From: Arenicellales bacterium
GTDB lineage: Bacteria > Pseudomonadota > Gammaproteobacteria > Arenicellales > CBDCFT01
DNA: 64,000 bases
Assembly: GCA_965216735.1 (NCBI GenBank)
Contig: OZ244198.1
Span: 3,009,208 to 3,073,207, forward strand
Reading direction: 5' to 3'
Of the stretch, positions 44,198-53,211 are shown piece by piece. The notes below the pieces were generated by a model, which saw only the letters and a list, made by a program, of their open reading frames with translations, made no database searches and was not told where the DNA came from. The position numbers and the translations under genes were made by a program. Positions within the stretch are counted from its first letter, which is position 1, and the number at the start of each line of letters is the position of its first letter.

Positions 44198-45355
44198 GTG
44201 GCACGGCCATCGCTTGAGGTGGCAGACATTTTTAGACAAGACGGCGAGACCTGGCGCCAGGCACACGCAGGCCATATCAGCCTGGGCCAACTCCAAGTCA
44301 TGTCTGCCATCGAACGCTGCCGAACCGATGCGCTCGGCGGCCATCGCCTGCACTGCGAGCAGTGCGATGATCAGCGCATTGCCTATAACTCGTGTCGCAA
44401 CCGCCATTGTCCGAAGTGTCAAGGACAAAAGGCCGAACAATGGTTGGCGGATCGCCAGGGCGAACTGGTGCCGGTGGCCTATTACCATGTGGTGTTCACC
44501 CTGCCAGCCCAGATTGCCCGCATCGCCTATCAGAATAAAGCACTGGTGTATGATCTGCTGCTGCGAGTCAGTGCCGAAACACTGTCGATCATCGCAGCCG
44601 ATCCCAAACACCTCGGCGCCAAGATCGGGCTGACCGCGGTGCTGCATACGTGGGGATCCGCCATGATCCATCACCCCCACGTCCACTGCATCGTCCCCGG
44701 GGGCGGACTCGATCGGAATCGGTGGGTGGCGTGCAAACCAGGGTTCTTCCTGCCGGTACGGGTTTTGTCGCGATTGTTCCGCCGCCTGTTCCTTGCGCAG
44801 CTTCATCGCCTGCATCGCGAAGATCAGCTCAACTTCTTCGGTGATTTAAACCACCTCGCCAGCCGCAACGCATTTACACAGTATTTAGCACCGCTCAAGC
44901 AAACCAACTGGTTCGTCTATGCCAAAAAGCCCTTTGCCGGACCCCAAGCGGTGCTCGCTTACCTGTCTCGCTATACCCACCGCGTGGCCATCTCCAATCA
45001 TCGATTGATTGCCTACGATGAAACCGGTGTGACGTTCCAATACAAGGACTATCGCTCTAAACGCTGTGTACGCTACAAACCCATGACGCTCGCCACCGAT
45101 GAGTTCATCCGCCGCTTCTTGATGCACGTGCTACCCAAGGGGTTGCATCGCATCCGTCACTACGGCTTGTTCGCTAATCCCGTACGGCGTGATCATTTGA
45201 CCCGACTGCGCCAGGCACTGAACGCACAGAACACGCCCTGCGAACCTAACGTTGAAGCATCCGCAACGGCGCCACCCACGTTCGTGTGCCACACCTGTGG
45301 AACACCACTGCAGATCGTCGAAATACTCAGCCCCAAGACAAGGGCACCCCCTTGA
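44198..45355 (+). CDS. IS91-family (Y2/HUH) transposase with zinc-binding domain
   Basis: YNSCRNRHCPKCQ, LHTWG, HPHVH, YLSRY. Confidence 0.95.
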   Translation: MARPSLEVADIFRQDGETWRQAHAGHISLGQLQVMSAIERCRTDALGGHRLHCEQCDDQRIAYNSCRNRHCPKCQGQKAEQWLADRQGELVPVAYYHVVFTLPAQIARIAYQNKALVYDLLLRVSAETLSIIAADPKHLGAKIGLTAVLHTWGSAMIHHPHVHCIVPGGGLDRNRWVACKPGFFLPVRVLSRLFRRLFLAQLHRLHREDQLNFFGDLNHLASRNAFTQYLAPLKQTNWFVYAKKPFAGPQAVLAYLSRYTHRVAISNHRLIAYDETGVTFQYKDYRSKRCVRYKPMTLATDEFIRRFLMHVLPKGLHRIRHYGLFANPVRRDHLTRLRQALNAQNTPCEPNVEASATAPPTFVCHTCGTPLQIVEILSPKTRAPP

Positions 45356-45679
45356 CGTTCCTTCGTGCCGACATAAAATGGGACAACGCGAATCCGTGTT
45401 GGCGCTCTGCTATTACCCCAACCGAACCCACTATCCCCTACCTACCACTACCCGCAACAAATCTATCTGTAAATCGAACCCATCAGGCGTTGATCACGTC
45501 GGCTCACCACCCGCTGACGTCTACATCCAGCACATTAATGACCATCATCCCTGAATAATCCCCATAGCCAGCAAACCGCGGTTTCCTCCCCTGGACGTTA
45601 TTCGACACCCGCTCCCAACGCAGCGCATTCACTGCGCGTGCCGCCTCCGCGGCCGTCCAATAACGCTAATCACAAGCGC

Positions 45680-46519
45680 ATGATTGACGACATGACGCTA
45701 CGTCAGTTACATCCCAACACACAACGCGCCTACCTACTCGCCGTTAAGAAGCTCACGCAGTTTTTGGGTAGCGCGCCCGATGGCGCATCGTCGGAGGATC
45801 TGCGTCGGTTCCAAAAACACCTCGTTGAGCAGGGGGTGTCGAGTCCGACCATCAACGCTACGATCCGTGGATTGCGGTTCTTCTTCGAGATCACCTTGGA
45901 GCGCCCACAGAGGCTCAAACGGATGAGTCCGGTGCGCGTGCCGGAGCGTTTGCCGGTGGTCTTAAGTAGCGAAGACGTTACCCGTTTATTGAACAGCGCA
46001 CCGAACCTGAAGTCCAAAGCGGCGTTGTCGGTGGCCTACGGCGCCGGCTTACGGGCCAGCGAAGTCTGTCACCTGAAGATCACGGACATCGATAGTGAAC
46101 GAATGATCATCCGCATCGAGCAAGGTAAAGGCGCGCGTGACCGTCAAGCGATGCTCTCACCGGCGTTACTGTGTTTACTGCGTGCCTGGTGGCGGGAAGG
46201 CCGGCGCCGCGGCAAGATGCTGCCTAATGGTTGGCTTTTCCCGGGCATGAACCCCGTCAATCCACTCTCGCCACGTCAACTCAATCGGATGTGCAAAGTG
46301 GCCGCAGCGGCGGCCGAGTTGGATCAACGGATCTCCCTGCACACCTTGAGGCACAGCTTCGCAACGCACTTGCTGGAGCAAAAAATCGACATCCGGATTA
46401 TTCAAGTATTACTCGGCCATAAGAAGCTGACCACCACGGCACGCTACGCCCATGTCGCCTCCAAGACCTTGACCGAAGTACAAAGTCCCCTCGACAGGTT
46501 AACCTTACCCGTGCCGTAA
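45680..46519 (+). CDS. Tyrosine recombinase copy 2, 5'-truncated (lacks native RBS and MAQSNKPISALR)
   Basis: Identical to copy 1 from MIDDMTL onward. Confidence 0.8.
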   Translation: MIDDMTLRQLHPNTQRAYLLAVKKLTQFLGSAPDGASSEDLRRFQKHLVEQGVSSPTINATIRGLRFFFEITLERPQRLKRMSPVRVPERLPVVLSSEDVTRLLNSAPNLKSKAALSVAYGAGLRASEVCHLKITDIDSERMIIRIEQGKGARDRQAMLSPALLCLLRAWWREGRRRGKMLPNGWLFPGMNPVNPLSPRQLNRMCKVAAAAAELDQRISLHTLRHSFATHLLEQKIDIRIIQVLLGHKKLTTTARYAHVASKTLTEVQSPLDRLTLPVP

Positions 46520-46520
46520 G

Positions 46521-47678
46521 GTGGCACGGCCATCGCTTGAGGTGGCAGACATTTTTAGACAAGACGGCGAGACCTGGCGCCAGGCACACGCAGGCCATAT
46601 CAGCCTGGGCCAACTCCAAGTCATGTCTGCCATCGAACGCTGCCGAACCGATGCGCTCGGCGGCCATCGCCTGCACTGCGAGCAGTGCGATGATCAGCGC
46701 ATTGCCTATAACTCGTGTCGCAACCGCCATTGTCCGAAGTGTCAAGGACAAAAGGCCGAACAATGGTTGGCGGATCGCCAGGGCGAACTGGTGCCGGTGG
46801 CCTATTACCATGTGGTGTTCACCCTGCCAGCCCAGATTGCCCGCATCGCCTATCAGAATAAAGCACTGGTGTATGATCTGCTGCTGCGAGTCAGTGCCGA
46901 AACACTGTCGATCATCGCAGCCGATCCCAAACACCTCGGCGCCAAGATCGGGCTGACCGCGGTGCTGCATACGTGGGGATCCGCCATGATCCATCACCCC
47001 CACGTCCACTGCATCGTCCCCGGGGGCGGACTCGATCGGAATCGGTGGGTGGCGTGCAAACCAGGGTTCTTCCTGCCGGTACGGGTTTTGTCGCGATTGT
47101 TCCGCCGCCTGTTCCTTGCGCAGCTTCATCGCCTGCATCGCGAAGATCAGCTCAACTTCTTCGGTGATTTAAACCACCTCGCCAGCCGCAACGCATTTAC
47201 ACAGTATTTAGCACCGCTCAAGCAAACCAACTGGTTCGTCTATGCCAAAAAGCCCTTTGCCGGACCCCAAGCGGTGCTCGCTTACCTGTCTCGCTATACC
47301 CACCGCGTGGCCATCTCCAATCATCGATTGATTGCCTACGATGAAACCGGTGTGACGTTCCAATACAAGGACTATCGCTCTAAACGCTGTGTACGCTACA
47401 AACCCATGACGCTCGCCACCGATGAGTTCATCCGCCGCTTCTTGATGCACGTGCTACCCAAGGGGTTGCATCGCATCCGTCACTACGGCTTGTTCGCTAA
47501 TCCCGTACGGCGTGATCATTTGACCCGACTGCGCCAGGCACTGAACGCACAGAACACGCCCTGCGAACCTAACGTTGAAGCATCCGCAACGGCGCCACCC
47601 ACGTTCGTGTGCCACACCTGTGGAACACCACTGCAGATCGTCGAAATACTCAGCCCCAAGACAAGGGCACCCCCTTGA
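46521..47678 (+). CDS. IS91-family transposase copy 2
   Basis: Identical translation to 44198..45355. Confidence 0.95.
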   Translation: MARPSLEVADIFRQDGETWRQAHAGHISLGQLQVMSAIERCRTDALGGHRLHCEQCDDQRIAYNSCRNRHCPKCQGQKAEQWLADRQGELVPVAYYHVVFTLPAQIARIAYQNKALVYDLLLRVSAETLSIIAADPKHLGAKIGLTAVLHTWGSAMIHHPHVHCIVPGGGLDRNRWVACKPGFFLPVRVLSRLFRRLFLAQLHRLHREDQLNFFGDLNHLASRNAFTQYLAPLKQTNWFVYAKKPFAGPQAVLAYLSRYTHRVAISNHRLIAYDETGVTFQYKDYRSKRCVRYKPMTLATDEFIRRFLMHVLPKGLHRIRHYGLFANPVRRDHLTRLRQALNAQNTPCEPNVEASATAPPTFVCHTCGTPLQIVEILSPKTRAPP

Positions 47679-48062
47679 CGTTCCTTCGTGCCGACATAAA
47701 ATGGGACAACGCGAATCCGTGTTGGCGCTCTGCTATTACCCCAACCGAACCCACTATCCCCTACCTACCACTACCCGCAACAAATCTATCTGTAAATCGA
47801 ACCCATCAGGCGTTGATCACGTCGGCTCACCACCCGCTGACGTCTACATCCAGCACATTAATGACCATCATCCCTGAATAATCCCCATAGCCAGCAAACC
47901 GCGGTTTCCTCCCCTGGACGTTATTCGACACCCGCTCCCAACGCAGCGCATTCACTGCGCGTGCCGCCTCCGCGGCCGTCCAATAACGCTAATCAAAAAG
48001 AGTCCCTTTCTGTAATAGCTAAATCAGTCTGTTACCGATTTGATTTCGGACGAGCTAATTCG

Positions 48063-48161
48063 TGCTAACGCCCGTTTTAGTGGCCGTCGTAAACTGGCAT
48101 GCCCAATGCGCTGACAAAGGGCGTGATAGATTAGGAGATCCACTGCTTTCATTGGTAAGGC
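48063..48161 (-). other. Degenerate attC-like recombination site
   Basis: Minus strand: GCCTTAC...GCAGTGG.....CCACTAAAACGGGCGTTAGCA, starting 5 nt after the stop of 48167..48592. Confidence 0.55.
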
Positions 48162-48166
48162 GGCGT

Positions 48167-48592
48167 CTACTTCGTTGGACCGTAGTAGTCGTGTCGAACT
48201 ACCCGTTCCAACCGGCGGTCCTCAAACTCGAGTACCAACCAACAATTGCATTCGGGGAGACCCAGATGCCACCGGCTTGATGCAGCAACTCGATCAAAAT
48301 CCGTCTCCAAGATAGGAGAGCCCTTGTATTTCTGCGAATACGTTAGCGCTCCCTCACCAAGCAAGCCAAGCGCTTGAATTTTGCCACTGCGCTGGAGTTG
48401 CATCGCTTGGTCGAAAGCTTCGCGCGTATCTGAGTCTACTATAAAGCCCATATAGGAACCCGAGGAAATCGATTTGCGCTGGGTCCATGGCCAGTTATCG
48501 AACACGACAACGACTGAATATGCAAGAAACGCGACGACGCTGAGAACTGCGGCAGTTAGTGCGATCGCGATGCTCTTGACGCTCGATGCCAC
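48167..48592 (-). CDS. Hypothetical membrane-anchored protein, gene-cassette-like
   Basis: N-terminal TM helix; GTTAACC about 20 nt before the start and attC-like site after the stop. Confidence 0.7.
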   Translation of the reverse strand: MASSVKSIAIALTAAVLSVVAFLAYSVVVVFDNWPWTQRKSISSGSYMGFIVDSDTREAFDQAMQLQRSGKIQALGLLGEGALTYSQKYKGSPILETDFDRVAASSRWHLGLPECNCWLVLEFEDRRLERVVRHDYYGPTK

Positions 48593-49013
48593 GATAATTC
48601 TTCGACGTCGGTTAACAGAGAGTAGACAGCAACATTGGATTAAATCTATTTTTCACAACTTACAAGACTTTGTTGCCGCTCACAATCGGAACAATAACAT
48701 ATAGATACCACTAACTGATTCAATAGATAAATAATTCAGCTATTGCGTATACGTAGCAATATGCATCGTCTTTTAATAACAACTCAATAGCACATCCCTT
48801 CATACAGAACCGACACCACCCTCAACGTAAATTTATGAGGTAACGTCCGGTCTGCCAATTATAACGGACAATTTTCCAACTCCTGCAAACAGTCAGAAAA
48901 GGGTCGATAACACGCGTTTTTATTACGGTCAAGAACTATCCGTAGTTGGAGTAAATCAATCTGTGGCGCCTACCAAACTCACTAGTAGCTAAAGGTGGGA
49001 TGGGAATACTATG

Positions 49014-49892
49014 CTACAACCCTGATCTATCTAAAATAGCGGGAACGTGCTTTTCCCAGCCAATAGCCATAATGTGAATCCCGTTACACAGACTTTTTAG
49101 CGGTTCGATGGTTTGAGCTGCGATTGTGAGACTTTCTTCGATAACGTTTCCTTTTTCTTTCGCATTGGCAACGCGTTGAATCAAGGCTTGCGGAATATCG
49201 ACACCGGGGACACGTTCGTTCATGTAAGTAGCCATCTTGACTGATTTAATCGGAATGATTCCAGCCAATACCACAATATTCGGCGCTTTTAGTTTGTCCA
49301 TGAAATCTACAAATGGTGCGATGTCATATATCGCTTGAGTTTGAAAAAACTGCGCGCCTGCATCGATTTTACGTCGTGTGTTTTCCAGTTCATCATTGAC
49401 TTTGCTGGCGCCCGGATTAAAAACACTACCGATTAAGAATTCCGGCCTACCCTTTATCTCGTTACCACCGTAGTCTTTTCCATTTTTTAAAGTGGTCGCC
49501 GCTTTAATCATCTGATTGGTATATAAATCAAATACCGGTTTAGCGTCCGGATGATCGCCAACTTTTGGTGGATCGCCACCCATAAACAATACATTCTGAA
49601 TACCTAAGGCCGCCGCACCCAACAAACTGCTTTGAATTGCGATGCGATTTTTATCGCGTGATGTAAACTGAACAATAGGTTCAATACCGCGCTGAAGCAA
49701 AAAGTAACCAGCCACCACCGGATCCATAGTCATATGCGCGGTGGCGGACTCGGTCAAATTGAATGCGTCGATTTTGCTTTTTAATAAGTCCGCCTTTTCA
49801 TAAAGACCGTTTAAATCCGTTCCTTTAGGAGGCGACAACTCGCACGTGATAACGAATTCATTTTCTGCAAACGCAGTTGCTAGTTTTTTCAT
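49014..49892 (-). CDS. metF: Methylenetetrahydrofolate reductase
   Basis: TCELSPPKG, RDKNRIAIQS, GGDPP, KIDAGAQFFQTQ, GIHIM. Confidence 0.9.
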   Translation of the reverse strand: MKKLATAFAENEFVITCELSPPKGTDLNGLYEKADLLKSKIDAFNLTESATAHMTMDPVVAGYFLLQRGIEPIVQFTSRDKNRIAIQSSLLGAAALGIQNVLFMGGDPPKVGDHPDAKPVFDLYTNQMIKAATTLKNGKDYGGNEIKGRPEFLIGSVFNPGASKVNDELENTRRKIDAGAQFFQTQAIYDIAPFVDFMDKLKAPNIVVLAGIIPIKSVKMATYMNERVPGVDIPQALIQRVANAKEKGNVIEESLTIAAQTIEPLKSLCNGIHIMAIGWEKHVPAILDRSGL

Positions 49893-50181
49893 GCCCTACC
49901 TTGATCAATAACAAGAAAATGATTGGCAAAACAAATGAACGAATAAGTAGAGGAATAACCCAGCAATTCCGTTCCGGGGTTAGTAGATAATTATTTCTTG
50001 TTCCCCCCGGTCAGATCATACCAGACAAACTAAGTCTATGTGTTATAACACCCTCTTACTCTATGGCGACACATCTCAAACAAACATGGCTTTAGGCGGG
50101 GATTCGCTACCGACCCCCCCCCCATTTGCTTGAATTCCGCACTCCCATTAGACTGCAAAGACAGTATTAAAACCATAATCT

Positions 50182-50505
50182 ATGGAGGAAGATGAAATGT
50201 GCCAAATTTTTGCCGGCCAAGACCCCAAAAACTATCAGTTCATCACCCGCTCGGTGCGCTTAGACGGACGTTGCACCAGTATTCGGCTGGAATCGGCGTT
50301 CTGGGATCTGATTGACGAAATCGCAGCACAACAAGGATTTACAACACCCAAATTTTTATCGACGTTGTATGACGAGGTGATACAGATTCAGGGCGAGGTG
50401 CACAATTTCGCGTCACTGCTGCGGGTTTGTTGCATACGTTATCTGGAAATGCCACGTGAAGTAATGGCTACCGCCCCCAAAGAACCAGTGGCACGGTTAA
50501 TGTAA
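50182..50505 (+). CDS. Ribbon-helix-helix (RHH_4) protein
   Basis: TRSVRLDGRCTSIRLESAFW...NFASLLRVCC. Confidence 0.85.
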   Translation: MEEDEMCQIFAGQDPKNYQFITRSVRLDGRCTSIRLESAFWDLIDEIAAQQGFTTPKFLSTLYDEVIQIQGEVHNFASLLRVCCIRYLEMPREVMATAPKEPVARLM

Positions 50506-50606
50506 CCCACGGGGAATATCGCCCCCATGACCCGGTGGTATTCCGCTACCACCAACACCGACTCGCCGTTCGCTAAAATTTCGGATACAACAAGAGAGGT
50601 ACGTCA

Positions 50607-51002
50607 ATGGCCAAGGCAATTCATTCGATGATTCGAGTATTGGATCTGGATAAGTCGATCGATTTCTACGATAAAGCATTCGAACTCAAAGTCACTGATA
50701 AGTTTGACTTTGATAATTTTGCGCTAGTCTATTTGCGCAATGATGAAAACGATTTTGAGATCGAGTTAACACTAAACAAAGAAAGGGAGTAGGCCTATAC
50801 CCATGGCGATGGTTACGGCCACGTTGCCGTTTGTGTCGATGACGTGCAGTCGGAACATGATCGTTTTGTAGATCTGGGACTAGAACCCACCGACGTAAAA
50901 GAATTTCATCGCGACGGATCATTGATGGCGCGTTTCTTTTTCGTCCAGGATCCGGATGGATATAAGATCGAAGTATTGGAACGGCACGGACGTTATCAAT
51001 AG
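50607..51002 (+). pseudogene. VOC/lactoylglutathione-lyase-family gene with one in-frame TAG (50790-50792)
   Basis: HSMIRV...ELTLNKERE*AYTHGDGYGHVAV...FFFVQDPDGYKIEVL; frame intact on both sides. Confidence 0.88.
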
Positions 51003-51039
51003 TCCAGTCGCATTTAATAAATCACAGAGAGGAACAGAT

Positions 51040-51585
51040 ATGAAAGAAAACATCAGTCGAAGACAATTTTTAAGACGTGGCGGTGGTGCAGTAACCGGTG
51101 TTGCAGCTGCAACCGCTGGAATGATAACACCGAATACAACATGGGCGGCAGAACTCACTGCGCTGGATGAAGACCAAGGTAATACATTACTGAAAGTTGT
51201 TCGCCAAATTTACCCACATAACACTATGGCAGATGATTACTACATCAACGTAGTCAAAAACCTGGATGCGGAAGCAGCCGGAAGCGCCGACACCGCAACC
51301 ATGTTAAAAGAGGGCATTGCCAGTTTAGATGGCGCGATGGGAGTGAAATGGACAGAACTCTCTAACGGCAATCAGTTTTCTGTACTCAAAGAAATGGAAG
51401 ATACACCTTTTTTCCAAAAAATTCGCGGCAAGGCAGTGGTGTCTTTATATAACAATCCATTGGTATGGCGACACTTCGGTTATGAAGGCGCTTCAGCGGA
51501 CAAGGGTGGTTACTTAGAACGCGGTTTCAATGATCTGAGCTGGTTGGATAATCCGCCGGAAGACGCAAGCCCTAAAGCGAGTTGA
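51040..51585 (+). CDS. Tat-exported small subunit (gluconate 2-dehydrogenase subunit 3-like)
   Basis: SRRQFL leader, IYPH, WRHFGYEG, GGYLERGFNDLSWL. Confidence 0.85.
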   Translation: MKENISRRQFLRRGGGAVTGVAAATAGMITPNTTWAAELTALDEDQGNTLLKVVRQIYPHNTMADDYYINVVKNLDAEAAGSADTATMLKEGIASLDGAMGVKWTELSNGNQFSVLKEMEDTPFFQKIRGKAVVSLYNNPLVWRHFGYEGASADKGGYLERGFNDLSWLDNPPEDASPKAS

Positions 51586-51595
51586 GGAGAGAAAA

Positions 51596-53164
51596 ATGGC
51601 TACGATAGATTTTAACGATGATTCCGCCGTACTGGTCATCGGTAGCGGCGCAGGTGGCGGCACATTAGCGAACGAGCTTTGCCAAAAGGGCGTAAAAGTC
51701 ATTTTGCTGGAAGCCGGTGCACGTCATTCCATCGCTGACTTTCAAAACGACGAATGGAATGCGTTCGGTCAACTCTCCTGGTTGGATAAACGCACGACCT
51801 CCGGTTCCTGGCGAGTAGCGAAAGACTTCCCTGGTCTACCGGCATGGATTTGCAAGACCGTTGGTGGCACCACCACCCACTGGGCCGGCGCAAGCCTGCG
51901 TATCCAGAAACACGAATTCAAAGTTAAAGCGCAATACGGCGATATCGACGGCGCCAATTTGATGGACTGGCCGCTGTCCTTGAGCGATCTGGAGCCGTAC
52001 TACGACAAATCAGAAGACAAACTCGGTGTCACCCGTACTCACGATATTCCTGGTTTACCCGGAAATAATAATTTCAAAGTCATGTACACCGGTGCGAAAC
52101 GGCTCGGATATCAAAACGTTCATACCGGCCGTATGGCGATTAACAGCCGCCCCCGGCATGGACGTTCGCAATGTTTGCAGATCGGTTTTTGTTTTCAAGG
52201 CTGTAAGAGTGGTGCCAAGTGGTCAACGCTATACACAGAAATTCCCGCCGCCGAAGAAACGGGTAATCTGGATTTAAGGCCGGAATCCCATGTGCTCACC
52301 ATCGAACACGATGACAACGGTAAAGTGACGGGTGTGGTCTACATGGATAAAGACGGTAACCAGCAAATGCAAAAAGCACGCGCAGTTTGCGTCGCCGGTA
52401 ATGCCATCGAAACACCACGCCTGTTGTTAAATTCTGCCACCTCCAAGTATCCGGATGGTCTTGGGAATTCATCGGGTCAGGTCGGCAAAAACTACATGCG
52501 ACATATGACAGGTTCAGTTTACGCCACCTTCGACCGGCCGGTGAACATGTATCGTGGTACCACTATGGCGGGTATTATTAGCGACGAATCCGGCAACGAT
52601 CCCGAACGTGGATTTGTCGGCGGTTATGAGATGGAAACGTTGGCCTTGGGCGTCCCATTTATGGCAGCATTTCTCGATCCGGGCGCGTGGGGCCCCGCCT
52701 TTACACACGCAATGGACAACTACGATCACATGGCAGGTATGTGGTTAGTCGGTGAAGACATGCCGCAGGAGTCCAATGCCGTCACGTTGCATCCGGAAGA
52801 AAAAGATCAATACGACATGCCCGTACCCAATGTGCATTTCGACGATCATCCAAATGATATTGCTATGCGTAATCACGCGTTTAAACAAGGATCAGCGGTG
52901 TACGAGGCGGCAGGCGCGAATAGGGTGTACGAGACACCACCCTACCCGTCAACGCATAACCTGGGTACTTGCCGGATGAGCGAGAAACCGGAAGATGGCG
53001 TGTGCAACAAGTTTGGGCAATCCCATGATATTCCGAACTTGTTTATTTCAGATGGCAGTCAGTTCACCACAGGTGCTGCGGAAAATCCGACATTGACCAT
53101 CGTTACCCTTGCCATACGGCAAGCAGATTATGTTGCAGAGCAATTGTCGCAACAAAATATTTAA
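51596..53164 (+). CDS. GMC-family FAD oxidoreductase
   Basis: GSGAGGG, VGGTTTHW, CLQIGFCFQGC, HNLGTCRM, ENPTLTI. Confidence 0.93.
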   Translation: MATIDFNDDSAVLVIGSGAGGGTLANELCQKGVKVILLEAGARHSIADFQNDEWNAFGQLSWLDKRTTSGSWRVAKDFPGLPAWICKTVGGTTTHWAGASLRIQKHEFKVKAQYGDIDGANLMDWPLSLSDLEPYYDKSEDKLGVTRTHDIPGLPGNNNFKVMYTGAKRLGYQNVHTGRMAINSRPRHGRSQCLQIGFCFQGCKSGAKWSTLYTEIPAAEETGNLDLRPESHVLTIEHDDNGKVTGVVYMDKDGNQQMQKARAVCVAGNAIETPRLLLNSATSKYPDGLGNSSGQVGKNYMRHMTGSVYATFDRPVNMYRGTTMAGIISDESGNDPERGFVGGYEMETLALGVPFMAAFLDPGAWGPAFTHAMDNYDHMAGMWLVGEDMPQESNAVTLHPEEKDQYDMPVPNVHFDDHPNDIAMRNHAFKQGSAVYEAAGANRVYETPPYPSTHNLGTCRMSEKPEDGVCNKFGQSHDIPNLFISDGSQFTTGAAENPTLTIVTLAIRQADYVAEQLSQQNI

Positions 53165-53184
53165 TCTACCAACGCATTACACTG

Positions 53185-53211
53185 AAAACGCCCCGCTAAG
53201 CGGGGCGTTTT
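53185..53211. terminator. Bidirectional intrinsic terminator
   Basis: AAAACGCCCCGC-TAA-GCGGGGCGTTTT between convergent genes. Confidence 0.85.

Larger units (their letters stand above)
43211..45672 (+). mobile_element. Tyrosine recombinase + IS91-type transposase element, copy 1 (left boundary approximate)
   Basis: Two-gene module with structured ends; 43352-45672 repeated at 45675-47995. Confidence 0.85.
45675..47995 (+). mobile_element. Tandem copy 2 of the element, lacking the left end and integrase 5' end
   Basis: Apparently identical sequence offset by 2323 bp. Confidence 0.9.

Noticed and set aside
44075-44815. 246-aa minus-strand ORF (and its copy at 46398-47138)
   Set aside because: Antisense shadow of the transposase with no recognisable domain
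49901-49914. Near-FNR box TTGAT-CAAT-AACAA at the metF start
   Set aside because: One mismatch and abuts the RBS; may be chance
50790-50792. Pyrrolysine recoding as a firm call
   Set aside because: No pyl genes or tRNA in the window; a single substitution explains the TAG
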